Shown: positions 25,725 through 38,243, counted from the whole stretch's first letter. The stretch: 61,436 nucleotides of DNA, filler included, from Choristocarpus tenellus KU-1152 (GCA_964200185.2; 14 parts of 14 records of this genome joined end to end with filler, not necessarily neighbours in it); one strand, 5' to 3'. Notes: a model not told the origin generated them from the sequence alone. Program-made: numbers and translations.

Positions 25725-27226
25725 ATACTACCGTAATTTACTCCAAGTGTATCTGATTCTACGCAATTTTCACTTTTCCTTGATCCATTTTTCTTTCTTG
25801 AAGAAGTGGGCATAAATTCCTAATTATTACTGTTTTGGTTATCAAAGCAGCTACCACCCTACTATGTTACCTAATATACCAAAGTTATCACAGTAGCCAA
25901 GGATACCCAAGCTTGCAACCGAAGTGGCAAGAGAACTGCGACCAATCGGTTAAGCAGGACACTGAACAAGCGAATATAAGCCTAGTTATCAACCCTGCTA
26001 TTACTGCAGGTCCTCAAAAATTGACTCTTACACAAACGCATCGCCAAACCATGAGCCCTCACCTTCTATTCATCACGAATGCCTAGGGAACATCAATGTT
26101 GGTGACAGGAACGGCATAAATGATCAAAATAGACCTGATATCCCCCCTCGTACAGCTAGGTTACACCCTATAATTGGCCTAGTCTTTAGTCTCATTACGT
26201 ATGTCAAGGAGTATCCAAGTTTGTAACCATAGTAGCACAAATACTACCAATCCGTTGATCTCGACTCTACGCAATTGTACCCATCACTACTAAACACCCT
26301 CTTTTCACCCTATGTCATATTAGCTGTTCTTTACAAGGTATCAGTCTAAGTGCCACCCTACCATGAACCCTAATATTGATTGGAGCATGAATGCCGCGGA
26401 ATTAAAAAGTTGGTGACAGGAACGGCATAGCCTAAAACTGGTTATGTAGACCCGATGCAACCCCCCACTGACTATGATTCTCGGGGGGTGTCGAATCATT
26501 TACCACCCTACTGTGTACACTAACCTGTAAGTTTCTATCGTGGATGTACAGGATTATTAGCATTTGGATCAGATCTATAAGACCGAAGAATGTTGGATTA
26601 GGACCGACTACAAATTGATGTGTCTATCTATGCGGATCAACCCTAGCATCAAGCTCTGTCCTTAACTAACTCTTTCACTGTAGAAGATACCAGATACCAT
26701 CTTACACTATTTCCGACTCTGTAAATTTCATCACCAATGCCCACTTCCCACCCGATACCACCTTAAATATACTATTCCCGACAAAGTCAATTTCCTCACT
26801 GATAGCTTGGAAGATAGTTTGCACAGTTTTGTCGGCTTCAGCACACATGTCCACCTTTGCTTCCGGACACTCCTCCTCTCCCCTGTCGAAAAGATTGTTA
26901 AGAGGCTGCCTTGATCTTGCTCCGTAGCCCTTCTTCCTCGAACCCTTTCGTCACTTGTCTTCTACCCTTCCTTACCCTCTGCTCCACCAATCCCACTCAT
27001 TTCCATTAACAACTTTGCTGACTATCAACTCTGCTTTTAAGCCATCTAATCTTTAACCTTTAATCCACCCTCTGTTGCATCTTGTTCTTCGTAAGAAATC
27101 TTACGTGATATGCTTGTCTACCATGGCAAATTCTCACGGTGACAAAACTCAGATTACTTCATAAACTATCCTGCCTATGATATGAAATGGCATCGTAGAA
27201 GATAGATTGTTGTGAAAAGAAGTCTA

Positions 27227-27247
27227 GACCCAAAGTATCTGGGAGGG
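27227..27247 (-). mobile_element. MITE family B terminus at contig end
   Basis: GACCCAAAGTATCTGGGAGGG. Another B terminus (poly-C + AGATACTTTGAGCT) lies at about 27386-27425 on the next contig. Confidence 0.7.
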
Positions 27248-28010
27248 NNNNNNNNNNNNNNNNNNNNNNNNNNNNNNNNNNNNNNNNNNNNTTAATTAAT
27301 TAANNNNNNNNNNNNNNNNNNNNNNNNNNNNNNNNNNNNNNNNNNNNAAAACCGGCCAAGAAAAAAAAGCCCCCCACAGGCAGCGCCCCCCCCCCCCCCC
27401 CCCCCCCCCCCAGATACTTTGAGCTTGCCGACATCATCCAGATCCAGCACTGGACAAGACCTATATGCAGACTGATAATAATGTTTATATTGGGGGAATC
27501 ATGACGATGCCGCTATTTCTGCTGATATCAGTCGGAAGATTCAGAAAGCTTGAAGTTGTTCTTCCAAATACGACCATAACGACAGGAACTCAGATGATGA
27601 GATGAGAAAAGCATGAACATTTTGTTCTTCATTAATCTGTAAAATTGCAGTGCCTCTCTTCAGGTCTAAGTTAAAATGTTAAAAAGAGGAGGAGATGGGC
27701 CCCTTCTTCCCTGACACCAACAACCACCATTTTTTGGCAAACTTCATCAGTCAGCGGAATTAGGCAAATTCTAGAAAAAATAACTCCTAAGTTGATTCAT
27801 TTCCCAGAACCTCTGTGTTCGTATGAAAGAAATGAGGCTTGGGTATGCCTAGAACAGCAATACTTCGAACTATTCAATATATAATGTTCCCAAATTCATC
27901 CCACGAGCACTCCTTTGGAACAGGGAAAGACTGATGTCGTGAAGAAATCACACTACTCGACACTCTGAGGTGAGAAAACAGGTATTGAATATGTGGAAGG
28001 GAAGCGTGTG

Positions 28011-28457
28011 AGGCTCATAACCTGTTGGAACCTGGGATTGGATTAATTGTGCTCTCTTGTACGGTGACAGGTTGGTTTTATCAAAGGGGTGTCATAGTGC
28101 AATTAAGCACTGGTGAATTCGTGCTGGTGTACTTGGTGATATGCTTTGCACAGTCAGAGGTTACTTTTGGTACAGTGATGTTGGGTACTATTCATCATAT
28201 ACTTTGGTACATTCAAAGGAAGAGACTCATGCTCTATGCAGAGCTTGTCGCCTTGTGAAGAAGGGTTTTGTGGATGTTTCAAATCTGAATATAGCATCCA
28301 GTTGTGTATCAGGTACACTTAGTGCAGAGTGAGCTCGGTGTCTAAGTGCAGCGAAGTCCAACCAGGACAAAAGAATAAACAATATATATATGAGATCTGT
28401 ATACAACTAGTGGTTCTGGTGTAAAGATAAAAACAAAGAAACAAACTTGAATCAACA
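28011..28457 (-). mobile_element. Putative copia LTR (28023-28457) plus primer-binding site (28011-28022)
   Basis: On the minus strand, ...TTCCAACA is followed immediately by GGTTATGAGCCT, the copia-type PBS complementary to the internal part of initiator tRNA-Met. A TGTTGA about 435 bp upstream is a plausible but tentative LTR start. Confidence 0.6.
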
Positions 28458-28663
28458 TCTGGGACAACTCATGTGGCACATACTATGCTTGTATTTTTGA
28501 TAGATGTCGATTGTTCAATACTGGTCATTGTTGCCTCTCCCCTTTCCTCGCACATCAATTTTGCGACTCCCCATCGACCACTAGACCTCCCTCATTCCCA
28601 CATTTTGCGATAGGCAGTAAGGGTCAACCACCTCTTCTTGTCCGCCTCCCTCTCCTCTGACAA

Positions 28664-28909
28664 CCCTCCCTCCTGCCTAGCCTCCCCAGTGGGGTCTCCC
28701 CCTCCCTCTCCTTGTTGCCTATGTCCTGGAACTCGTGGACACGAGTTTCGCCAAATGTTCATATGGGTTGATTTCGATCCTAAATTTACCCTCCCTCCTA
28801 CCTAGCTTCCCCAATGAGGTCTCCTCCTCCCTCTCCTCGTTTCCTATGTCCTGGAACTTGTGGACACAAGTTTCGTCAAATGTTCATATGGGGTGATTTC
28901 GATCCAAAA
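28664..28909. repeat. 125-bp diverged tandem duplication
   Basis: CCCTCCCTCCT.CCTAGC...ATGTCCTGGAACT.GTGGACAC.AGTTTCG.CAAATGTTCATATGGG.TGATTTCGATCC occurs twice. Confidence 0.9.
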
Positions 28910-29444
28910 AATTATGAGTCCTCATCAGTCTCGTTTGAAGAGCCCTCGCTCTGCTAACTCCTAAAGCCATCCACGCTATCCTCGCCACTATTCTTGCCCT
29001 CCTCATTCTTCTCGTTATCCACGCTTCATCCTCATCCTTCTCGCCCTCCTTAATGTCGTCTTTGTCCTACAGATTCTTCTCGATCTCCCGACTGTTCAGT
29101 TAACTATCCCCGCCATCCGGACCGTCTTCCTCATCCTCCTCCTTGCTCTCCTGATATCTTTTCCCTGCCCGCTTGATCCTCCATCCCATTCTCTCCCTCC
29201 TGGTCGTTTTCGACCCTCTCTTGCTCATCCGAACTTTCCATGTCCTGGCCCTTGGAACCCGAGCCAAATGCGCCATCCTTGATAGAAGCTGTTGAAATAT
29301 CTTACGTTTTTGAGTTTTGACTAGAGCTGATGTTGAATAGCTTAGTGCATGAAAAGCTCATCGCCAGAAGCTGCTGGCTGAGTTACATGGTGAGCATGCA
29401 CTGAATGATTAATTATCCGCTGTTTTTTTTCTTAATCATCCATT

Positions 29445-30028
29445 ATCTTGTGCGTTTAGTGCAAGCTCTTTATAGCACCAAACAGGCTCGCAGGGAGCAG
29501 AATAAATTATTGGTGCACATTTTGGAACAACGTGGTTTCAAGCAATGCAGAGCAGATCCCTGTGTGTTACACTATGTAAGAAATTGCGTTGTTTGTGCTG
29601 TGATAGCCCCATGATCTTTATGGTGGCAAGTATACATGATGGTTTCAGTTGGGTTCCCTCCAGGATTAAGGAGTAGTTTTCTATAGAAGATTTTGGTGAT
29701 CCTGAGTACCATATTCACCAAAAAGAGGTGGTCCGCGGAAGATGAGCTCATGTCCTCGTATCAGCATATAAGTCGGTTGTGAGATTTCAAGTGACAGAAT
29801 TGCAAAGACAGTCAGCATTATTAGTCAGAACAAGTACGTTAAGAGCATTATTGAAAGATTTGGGATGGATGGGGCAAAGAAGAGGGCGGTACCCCATGAT
29901 CTCTCAAGGACTTGAGACAAGAATGAAGATCATCCAAGTGTTAATGAAAATACACCGTACAGAGAGGCAGTTGGTAGTTCGATGTGGGCAGCTGTGGTGA
30001 CAAGGCCTGAAATTGCAAATGCAGTTCG
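29445..30028 (+). pseudogene. Decayed Ty1/copia reverse transcriptase
   Basis: LVRLVQALYSTKQARREQNKLLVHILEQRGFKQCRADPCV matches RVT_2 (L.KSLYGLKQA.R.W...GF.QS.ADPC). Many stops. Confidence 0.85.
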
Positions 30029-30192
30029 AGCCCAAAGTATCTGGGGGGGGGGTGGCGGCTGTCCATTTGAGGACCATTTTTCCATGTCGCGGTTTTTAGG
30101 TGATTTAGTTGCATGTGTGTTGGATGGATAATGTAAGTGTGCTTTTCCTGGTCGGGACCCAAATGGACACCCTGCTGTAGACGGACACTCCC
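30029..30192 (+). mobile_element. MITE family B at contig end
   Basis: CCCAAAGTATCTGGGGGGGGGGTGGCGGCTGTCCATTTG...CCCAAATGGACACCCTGCTGTAGA. Confidence 0.88.
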
Positions 30193-30503
30193 NNNNNNNN
30201 NNNNNNNNNNNNNNNNNNNNNNNNNNNNNNNNNNNNTTAATTAATTAANNNNNNNNNNNNNNNNNNNNNNNNNNNNNNNNNNNNNNNNNNNNCCCCCACC
30301 CCCCAGTCCCTCCCCCTTCTTTCCCTCCCTGTCCTAGCTGTCTAGAGCCTCTCCCCCCAGACCATCAAGGCACCCTCCCGTGTGGGTGCTCGCTCCACGT
30401 CAACTGATGGTTAGCCTCTGCGAAGATGCCAACAACCGCCCTCTCACATGCCCCTACTGTGGAACACACTAATCCATTCCCACGCTTTTCAATAGCACCT
30501 TGT

Positions 30504-30547
30504 CCCCCAAATGGACGTGGCTCTACCCTCTAAGGTACGTTCGCTCC
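30504..30547 (+). mobile_element. Isolated right end of MITE family A
   Basis: CCCCCAAATGGACGTGGCTCTACCCTCTAAGGTACGTTCGCTC. Confidence 0.7.
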
Positions 30548-31216
30548 ATTGAGGAATTATCCAATTGAAACGACCAATTCGAATTTGTTTTAGCCAGCCA
30601 AAGTGCTACAAAAGCTGAATTGTACAAGGACAAGACTCACAATGGTTTGGGTACCGTGGGAGATGTGCGAATTATGTTTGCTAGCATGTCACACCCTTTA
30701 GCTGCCTCAGCCGAAGCCCTGATCATTAGGCAGGAACTAGGACTACCTCGCCAGAACAGGACGTCCATGTACGATAAGGCATCAAGTCAAACTTCGCTGC
30801 CACACCAATAGGTTTTCAACAGTGTACTGGTAACCCTCGCACTGATGCTTCAAGAAGTTTTAACCCAGAACTCTTCGCCCGCTGTCTGTGCTTCCTTAAA
30901 CAAACAACCTGCTTCGGTTCCTGCGAAATACGAACCTCGTACATTCCAAAAAGCAATGCATCAAAACCCGTTCGACCAGTTACATCCGTTCCCCAGTCTG
31001 TGCTTCGATCCCTACTTGCTTTAGCCACAGACAGGGCAAGCGATAGAAGTAGACACCATTCGGACAAAGAACTACCTCCATTGCTCAATTCACTGAGGAA
31101 TGTCCAGCGAAGGGTCGAAATAGACGGAAGCTAACACGGGCTACGGCAGACTGCTCTTTCGTGACGGGGTGCTCACTAATACTGCCGAAGACGGTTTGAA
31201 TTTGCTTGTCACCTTC

Positions 31217-31472
31217 AAAATGATCTTAGAGGGTAGTGCCGTGTCCATTTGGGGGTCAAAATCCAATTTTGTGATTTTGATGTAATTTTACCGATCGTAT
31301 TTGTTAGGAAGTATCAATATCCTTGTTCCACAGACACACCTTTTCATAACATAACATTTTACCTACTCCAAAACATTTTGGAGTAAGAAAATGTCATGAA
31401 AATACCCATGGGAAGCCAAGCACCAAAGGGACAAACAGGGCAAAACTCGTACCATCTAAGATATTTTCAATC
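31217..31472 (-). mobile_element. MITE family A, reverse orientation
   Basis: Reverse complement of 14123-14380 over about 250 bp. Confidence 0.88.
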
Positions 31473-31550
31473 AAGATTGACACAGAGGACGGTAGCTACT
31501 GGTAGAACCTTCGACAAAAAAACAAAATGAATTTCATTTTGTACATTCTT

Positions 31551-31740
31551 TAATGAATTAATCTGAGCTTTGTGGGCGGAAGAGTTCTGGTTGGTTGGGG
31601 GCATATGGTAAGGGAGGGGAAAGGAAAGAAATAAAAAATAGCAAGAAGGGAAACGAAGAGTTAAATACGGAGTGGTTGAGAGAGGAAGGGGATACGTTAA
31701 GAAAATGGTTGGCAGGCGTAGGCAGGAGTGGAGAAAGCAT
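31551..31740 (+). repeat. Dispersed purine-rich repeat F (LTR-like fragment)
   Basis: ATGAATTAATCTGAGCTTTGTGGGCGGAAGAGTTCTGGTTGG matches the reverse complement of about 45665-45717. The same start motif occurs on the minus strand at 27143-27167. Confidence 0.65.
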
Positions 31741-31750
31741 GGACAGTAAG

Positions 31751-33341
31751 GTGTTACCAGTAGCTTCGTCCTCTGTGGCAATCTTGATTTGTTTTACCAT
31801 AACCACACCAAATAAATATATATAATATATATTTCAAATGAAAGGGTATGACAAGAGCTTTTGAATCTTCGTATCCACAAATGTCCAGGCTTCGGGGAAC
31901 GGGAGCTATGTCCCGATCAAAGATTGGCAAAAACGTGGGGGAACATCTCCGGCGCGATTTTGAAGGTAAGACTTTAAAACGGGCAAAAATGAAGTGGTAG
32001 ATCAAACTCCTTGCAAAAAACTGGCCCGGGGTACATCACCTCCAAGTTTGGCTGGTGTGTGGATACCGAAAAAAAACCCTCAAATTTCCGGACAACTTTT
32101 TAACGCCTTTTTCAGACTTTCTGTGAGCACACACACACACGTGGACTTCTACAGCAGCATGAACCACGATGGTGAGACAAGGAGAGCCGCCGAGGCCACT
32201 CTGCCCCCTGGATCTACCCTCGGCACTTTCTCTGTCCAGAGGCGACTGAAAAGCAAGTACTGTGTGACACTCAGTGCGAAGTTAGGTGACGAGAAAGTGC
32301 GTGTACTGTGGCGCAGCAGCACATAATCAAATCGCGAAATGGATCACGGGGGGCAGTGACGCTGACGCTGAGAGATGATGCATTGAAAGCATCACCACAC
32401 AAATGTGGTTGGATCTTCAACCACGTTGGAGCACTGCTCTTCAGTCTCTGCCACCTCGGAAAAGCGGGAAGAAAGCGTCGAGTCAATCACCAGGTGGTAC
32501 AGTGTCGAAGTCTGTGGGGAAGCCTGGTTACGGCAAGCGAAAGGAGAACCGGGGTGGCAACCCAAAGGGAAGATTGAGGAAGAGAGCAGTGCAACTGCGT
32601 GCCATTGTGGTCAGGAAACGCCGAAGCGAAATCCGGGTGTAGAATATCTTAGTAGTAGTCGACAGTTGCAGCAGGCTCTGCCTGTTTGGAAGCTGTGCAA
32701 GCCAGAGTGGCTTAAGGAAACGAGAAAGAAGGTGTGTTAGGGTTGGGCCACAAAAGGGCTCTGAAGCCCGAAAGAAAGTAACCTATTTCCTGCACTCAAC
32801 ATGGAAATGTGATAGTAAAGGTTCTAACACTGTGAATCCTGTACCTGTGTATGAACGACGGGGAAGAATGTCAAACGGCGCTCCAGATGGCAGCAGGATA
32901 TGCGATGGTCAAGTCGGAAACTGTGAGTAAATGGGAGAGAGACTTCCTAACTAAGGGCCACATCAAGGTGTCGGAGCAAGGGCGCTATGAGAGGCGTTAC
33001 GTCCTGGGCCTCGACAAGGACATCCTCGCTGAGGTCGAAGAATGGGTGCGCGAACACACAGGGAGAAAGGGTGGGAAGGCTTTTTTCTCGCCTAAACCCT
33101 ATACTTAAATCAAGTAATAGTGCATCTGTTCCTACTCTCTCGGTGACCTACAATCCAGGGTTCGAACCTCAATACGAGCGATCTTTCTTCAAAAAAAGAA
33201 AAAAATGCGAGAAAAACCACGAAGTCCATGATCTCGAGGGCATTGTCAGGGGCATTACGAAAATGCTTTTATTTTTTAATCCGATGCCTACATCGAAAGT
33301 TATGACGGGATAACCCCAGAGGGCGAAGCTACTGGTACCAC
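31751..33341 (+). mobile_element. TIR DNA transposon family C, internally deleted, both ends present (about 1.6 kb)
   Basis: Left end GTGTTACCAGTAGCTTCGTCCTCTG versus right end (reverse complement) GTGGTACCAGTAGCTTCGCCCTCTG, 23/25 identical. Internal peptide AMVKSETVSKWERDFLTKGHIKVSEQGRYERRYVLGLDKDILAEVEEWVREH. Confidence 0.82.
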
Positions 33342-33672
33342 TATATTGAATCGAAGAGAAAACCTAGGGCTGGGGTGGCAGGACGAGGAGGGCTAGATCA
33401 AGACGACCCCGAGCAAGCTTTGGTCGGAATGGATAAGGAAGAATCCGAGCAATCTTCTCCACAGTTGAAAGAGAGAAAGGCCCTGTAAAAAAGGTGGGGA
33501 TGCTTGAGAACAAGACATATAAATGGTAGGGAATAGCACTCAAGGTAATGGGGATGATGACTGTGACGAGGAAATGTGTAGTTAAGTGAGAGATTCAGAC
33601 ACAATGCTAGGGGGATCCGGAGATATCCATAGGAGAAGAAATAACGAAGGACGGACCACGATGTTATCGATG

Positions 33673-33972
33673 TTATGGGGTGCTTTCGGCGCTCTTTGTC
33701 GTGATCGGGGGATAAAACAGGAGTTCACACCTGCAGACAGCCCTCCATTTAACCACACAGTTAATGAAGCTTCATCAATAATACCCAGCATTCGCTCAGC
33801 AACCCCATTAAATTGAGGGCTGTCTGTAGGTGTGAACTCCTGTATTTTCCCCCGATCACGACAAAGAGCGCCTAAAGTACCCTCATAAAATTCCCCCCCA
33901 TTATCAGACCGCACACACATGACCCGAGAGGGAGTACCATCAGCCCGGATATCGGCCAGGTACTTCTTGAAG
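33673..33972 (-). mobile_element. Ty1/copia integrase core fragment with an inverted second fragment
   Basis: CVRSDNGGEFYEGTLGALCRDRGKIQEFTPTDSPQFNGVAERMLGII (rve motifs RSDNGGEF and PQxNGVAER) on the minus strand. 33673-33752 is a plus-strand copy of part of it. Confidence 0.9.
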
Positions 33973-34205
33973 NNNNNNNNNNNNNNNNNNNNNNNNNNNN
34001 NNNNNNNNNNNNNNNNTTAATTAATTAANNNNNNNNNNNNNNNNNNNNNNNNNNNNNNNNNNNNNNNNNNNNGTGCGCCAATCAACAGTCAGTACAAGCT
34101 GGTAGTATTGTGTATCATATCAACAAGGAACAAATGAGTAGCCTGTGTTTTAACATATACTGTCCCTTCATCGGCCACACAATCAGAGAAGAATGCACCC
34201 ACCTC

Positions 34206-35703
34206 TCACATTTCTTCGTGTGCACCAGCTTCATGACAGTCATGCAGAAACTCTAGCTGAGTTGATGATCTGAAAAGGTCGTTGCAGAGAAGAACTAGGG
34301 CAGGGCAGTGCCAAGCAAGGCCGACTATTTGCTCCCGGGCAGTCAGGTCGCCTGGTGGCAGTGGGTGATTCACAAAGCTTTGACGCACAAGCTCCATTGC
34401 TATCTCAGATCTCGTCCTCAGAGAAATAGGCTCAGCAAGTGGAGCGCCTGTTGCAGCATACAAAGCAGCTAGTTGGAGACGACCGGACACACAGTTAACT
34501 ATGAGTTTTGTGTTAGAACCACCGCCTATGTATACTGTAGCTGTGGATGTCCAGCACAGCATCCACCTCACTACTACACTTCACAGAAACGTTATTCTTT
34601 TGGTCAATAACCACCTGTCCCCTCAGAAAAAGTATTCTCTGACCACCCCCCTCCCTCACCGACTCTAGAACCAGGTATCTGCTGAATTCTGGGAAGGTAA
34701 ACGGTTTGGTGAGTTGCTGGCACTCCGCAAGGCGATATCCTTGATATTTGAGGCACCGAATCACACCCGAAGGAATATCACCATCCATAACCTGTGTGGA
34801 GTCCAAATCCAACTCCAGACCAAATCGAGGCAGATCAAACAGAATGCTTCCATCGGGCTGGAGATAGGCATGCATAAGTGCATTAGGACCAACATTGCTG
34901 CATGATCCCTGTCATCAACATCACCCTGTATTAATCTGTTCAGCATATCCATCCAGCTCTGTGAGCGAAGGTGAGTGGGGATGCGCACACAGTCACACAG
35001 TCTACCATACCGGGTCCAGCTCTTTCATGGCAGCGGACGATGAAATCTGTGTCATGGCGTGTAAAGTCAATTGGTCTTAACATTACAGTGTTGTGCTCGT
35101 GACTCAGCCAGTGGCTGTGCATTGAGCGAAGTCCAACAGAACGATCCCTACACCAGTCCCCATCGTGCTCAAGAAGCTACAGCACCCTCCCTCCTCCATT
35201 AGCATCTTCCTCTTTGACAATTAGTTTATTGTTTTCGGTCAAGAGAAAACTCATAGAAGTATCCACCAATAGCACGAGTGGTCTTGAGTACCCCACCTGT
35301 TGTTCTGCAACTTCAATTTGTTGTTTCCAAAGTTGCGAGTATACAGTTTGCGTGTAACAACATCTTCTGGGAGGTAGGATGGCGGAGATCCGTCCATCAG
35401 GACAGTGCCAGTGATAATATTAATGTTTTACAAGTGCCTCTTAGACGATTCTGCCTCAAAGCATGCCACACTACGTACCTCTCTATCAACCTTGACTGCA
35501 CACCAGTCAAGATCACACGGGGTTTGTTCAAGTACAAGACTAACAACAGCCCCTGCCAGTATGCTGGGGTTGTATCTCACCATATTCATCAACTCTGTGC
35601 TCCGCTTCACCATTACATTATGACACCGCACCATCAAAGCATCGATTTCAGTTGAGATATTATCATCGTCAGCGAAGAGCTGATGGTTGTGGGCCAGAAC
35701 CAC
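34206..35703 (-). pseudogene. Fragment of a DUF3638/DUF3645-type giant protein gene, disrupted
   Basis: Collinear motifs NIITGTVLMDGSPPSYLP...LYTRNFG, FDLPRFGLEL and GRLQLAALYAATGAPLAEPISLRTRSEIAMELVRQS resemble this family as I recall it (NLLTGxxLVDGxPxxxLP...YxRLFG, ELPRxxLxF, KLYLAYLHAxTS..LPDPLTGRTGTEEAL). In-frame stop at 35428 and frameshifts. Confidence 0.6.
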
Positions 35704-35750
35704 TGAACACTGCTCACTGAGAGCGATTTGAGTCTACACCTTACCAAGTA

Positions 35751-36259
35751 GTGTATGAGAGAGCTCTCCGCACAGCATTGTTCACAGTGGCGAGTTTGGG
35801 TGGTTTATGGTCAGAAGTGGCCATACATCCAGAACGTATGAGAGAAATGGTACAGGAGCTTTCTAAGACACAGGAGAAATTACACAGAAAAGTCTCGAGG
35901 CAAGTACAACAATCCGTGCTTGACAACGCTGGCGGCCAGCAAGGGGAAGATGCCAAAATTTGCTATTGGGGACTTGTGATGGTGACTTGGTTTCGCAAAA
36001 GGGGGAGTACACCGAAGCTGGTGAGCACTTCGACTGGTCCTTGGCACGTGGTCGCGGCGGAGACTCCTTATGTATACCAAGTTCAAAACATCATCTCCCG
36101 ATATTTGCATGAGGTGCATGTATCAAGACTACGGGTTTTTATCTGACAAGGAGCTGGAAGTGACGAAGGAGCTGAAAGAGACATTCAAGTACATGCACAG
36201 CCAGGAAGATTTTGAGATGTCTGCCACTGTGGATTTGTGCACGAAAGAGGATGAGTATA
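35751..36259 (+). mobile_element. Ty3/gypsy integrase C-terminal remnant
   Basis: KLVSTSTGPWHVV...YVYQVQNII...EVHVSRLR matches the GPY/F module (KL..xW.GP+.V...VH.SRL). Confidence 0.78.
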
Positions 36260-36440
36260 GGCTCAAAGTATCTGAGGGGGGGGGTCGTGGCTGTCCATTT
36301 GGGGTCAATTTTTTCATGTTGCAATTTTTGGGTGATTTGGTTGCATACGTCAGATGGATAATGTAAGTGCGCTTTTCCTGGTTCTGGCCCAATTTGGACA
36401 CCCTGGTGTAGATCCCCGACCCCCCCAGATACTTTGGGTC
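36260..36440 (+). mobile_element. MITE family B, full length
   Basis: GGCTCAAAGTATCTGAGGGG ... CCCCCCAGATACTTTGGGTC. Confidence 0.92.
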
Positions 36441-36569
36441 TGAAGGTAGTATATAGTGTCTGTACAATGGAAACTGGCGAGGATTCCGACCAGTGGCTCC
36501 TGCACCTCTACTAGACTAAGGCTGAGTTGGAGGGGTTTGGGGAAAACCATTAGCAAGTTCTGCCTGCGG

Positions 36570-37573
36570 CCAGCCCTGCTCTCTGGCCTTTCTCCTGACT
36601 ACAATGCCCTGCGAAGTCAAGTCCGCTTGCAGTCAGACTACTTGAGAGAGGGCCTTACCGTAGGCATCCGGGCCATATACAACAGCAGTCTCAACCTCGC
36701 TGATCGCCCAACTGATGGAGCTCCCAACCTTGATTTCACTGCTCGAGCCCGCCACTGCCACTACTATAACCGATCTGGTCACCACCCGTACCAACGCCCC
36801 AACCATCCTTCTGTCCCCACTCAACCGCCATCCTATGCCCCCACCACACCACCATCCCACATCCCTGTCCCACCTCTAACACTTGGTGTTCTAGCCACAT
36901 GGCACCTTCCCCCACACTGATCGAGAATGCTGAGCACAGTATCAACACCTTCACCACCCATCTGTCCTCTATCCACCTACTCCATCCCCACCTACTCCCA
37001 ACTAGACTGCCACCACCTCCATCGCTGCCTCAGTTCCGCCAGATGGCTGGGGTCCAGATGCTCATGGTCGCTATTCCTGCTGCTTCTCCACCATCACGCC
37101 ACAATCACCTTCCCCACCACCACGACCAACCACACATCCCCAGTACAAGACACACCCACCACTGTGATCTCACCTCATTCATAATTGACTCTGACTGCAC
37201 AGTTGACTCTGGCTGCACTGCTCACTTCCTATCCCTACTTACCCCCCTTGCCCACCCCATCACTGCCTCCGCCATCGGGAACTTCCATCTCTCTGCACAT
37301 CGGCAAGTCATCTTCATTGGACTGTTGCAGCACCCCCCATCACCACCTGCCCGCTCCACCTTCACTGTCCTGCTGGTACCTGGTCTCGGTCGTCATTTGT
37401 ACTCCATATATGCTGCAGCAACTACCAACTGGACTACGGTAATTTCTCACTACCCTCGTCTACTGAATGGCAAGACGTGCATTCCACTCCGAACCTTGGG
37501 CTCCTTGTACTACTTGGACTTCTCCCTGTGTCTCCCAACTCCACCACCTACTCACCCAAACAGTCCCAGGTAG
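36570..37573 (+). mobile_element. Ty1/copia gag-protease remnant
   Basis: LLSGLSPDYNAL (gag), decayed zinc knuckle CHYYNRSGHH, protease VDSGCTAHF and VLLVPGLGRHLYSI. Confidence 0.8.
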
Positions 37574-37945
37574 TACAAGGTTTTAATCATTTTGATTCGT
37601 TAGCAGGAAATTGTTGGGATCTGTCGGCCAGCTCAATTTTTTGTTCCCTTAAGTAAATAAAACTTTGTTTTGAGCTCACCCAGTGGGAGGTAGCTGTGTT
37701 CCTCATAGGCAAGCACATGGTTTCTGCTCCACAAACATTCAAAAGATTGTGACTGGAAGAAAACTGGACCTCATCACCCCAGAACTCCGGGGATATTAGG
37801 GTTACTAACAACAATACCTGACCGTGAGAAAACGAGTTTTGACTTTCAAAACAAAGGATTAGACAGTGTTTACAGATTCTTCAGAGTGGAAATGGACAAC
37901 CTTTTCCTGACAAGACAGGATATATGACCTTTATCTTTCAGGGAA

Positions 37946-38241
37946 GCGCAATGTATCTTAGAGGGTAGAGGAGTGAAAGTATCTTGAAGGGTACAAGTTT
38001 GCCCTGTTTGTCCGTTTGGGACTTGGCTTCCCACGTTTTTTTATGACATTTTCCTACTCCAATCTGTTTCGGAGTAGGTAAAATGTATTACGACTATGAA
38101 AAGGTGTATCCGGAACAAGGATAGTAACACTTCCTAACAAACACAATAGGTAAAATTATGTCGAAATTGCAACATTGGATTTTGGCCCCCAAACGGACGC
38201 GACTCGGAGTCAAAGTATCTTAGAGGGTAGAGCCGCGTCCA
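37946..38241. mobile_element. Cluster of nested MITE family A pieces
   Basis: Right-end fragment (37946-37970), near-complete copy (37971-38205), second right-end fragment (38207-38241). Confidence 0.82.
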
Positions 38242-38243
38242 CA

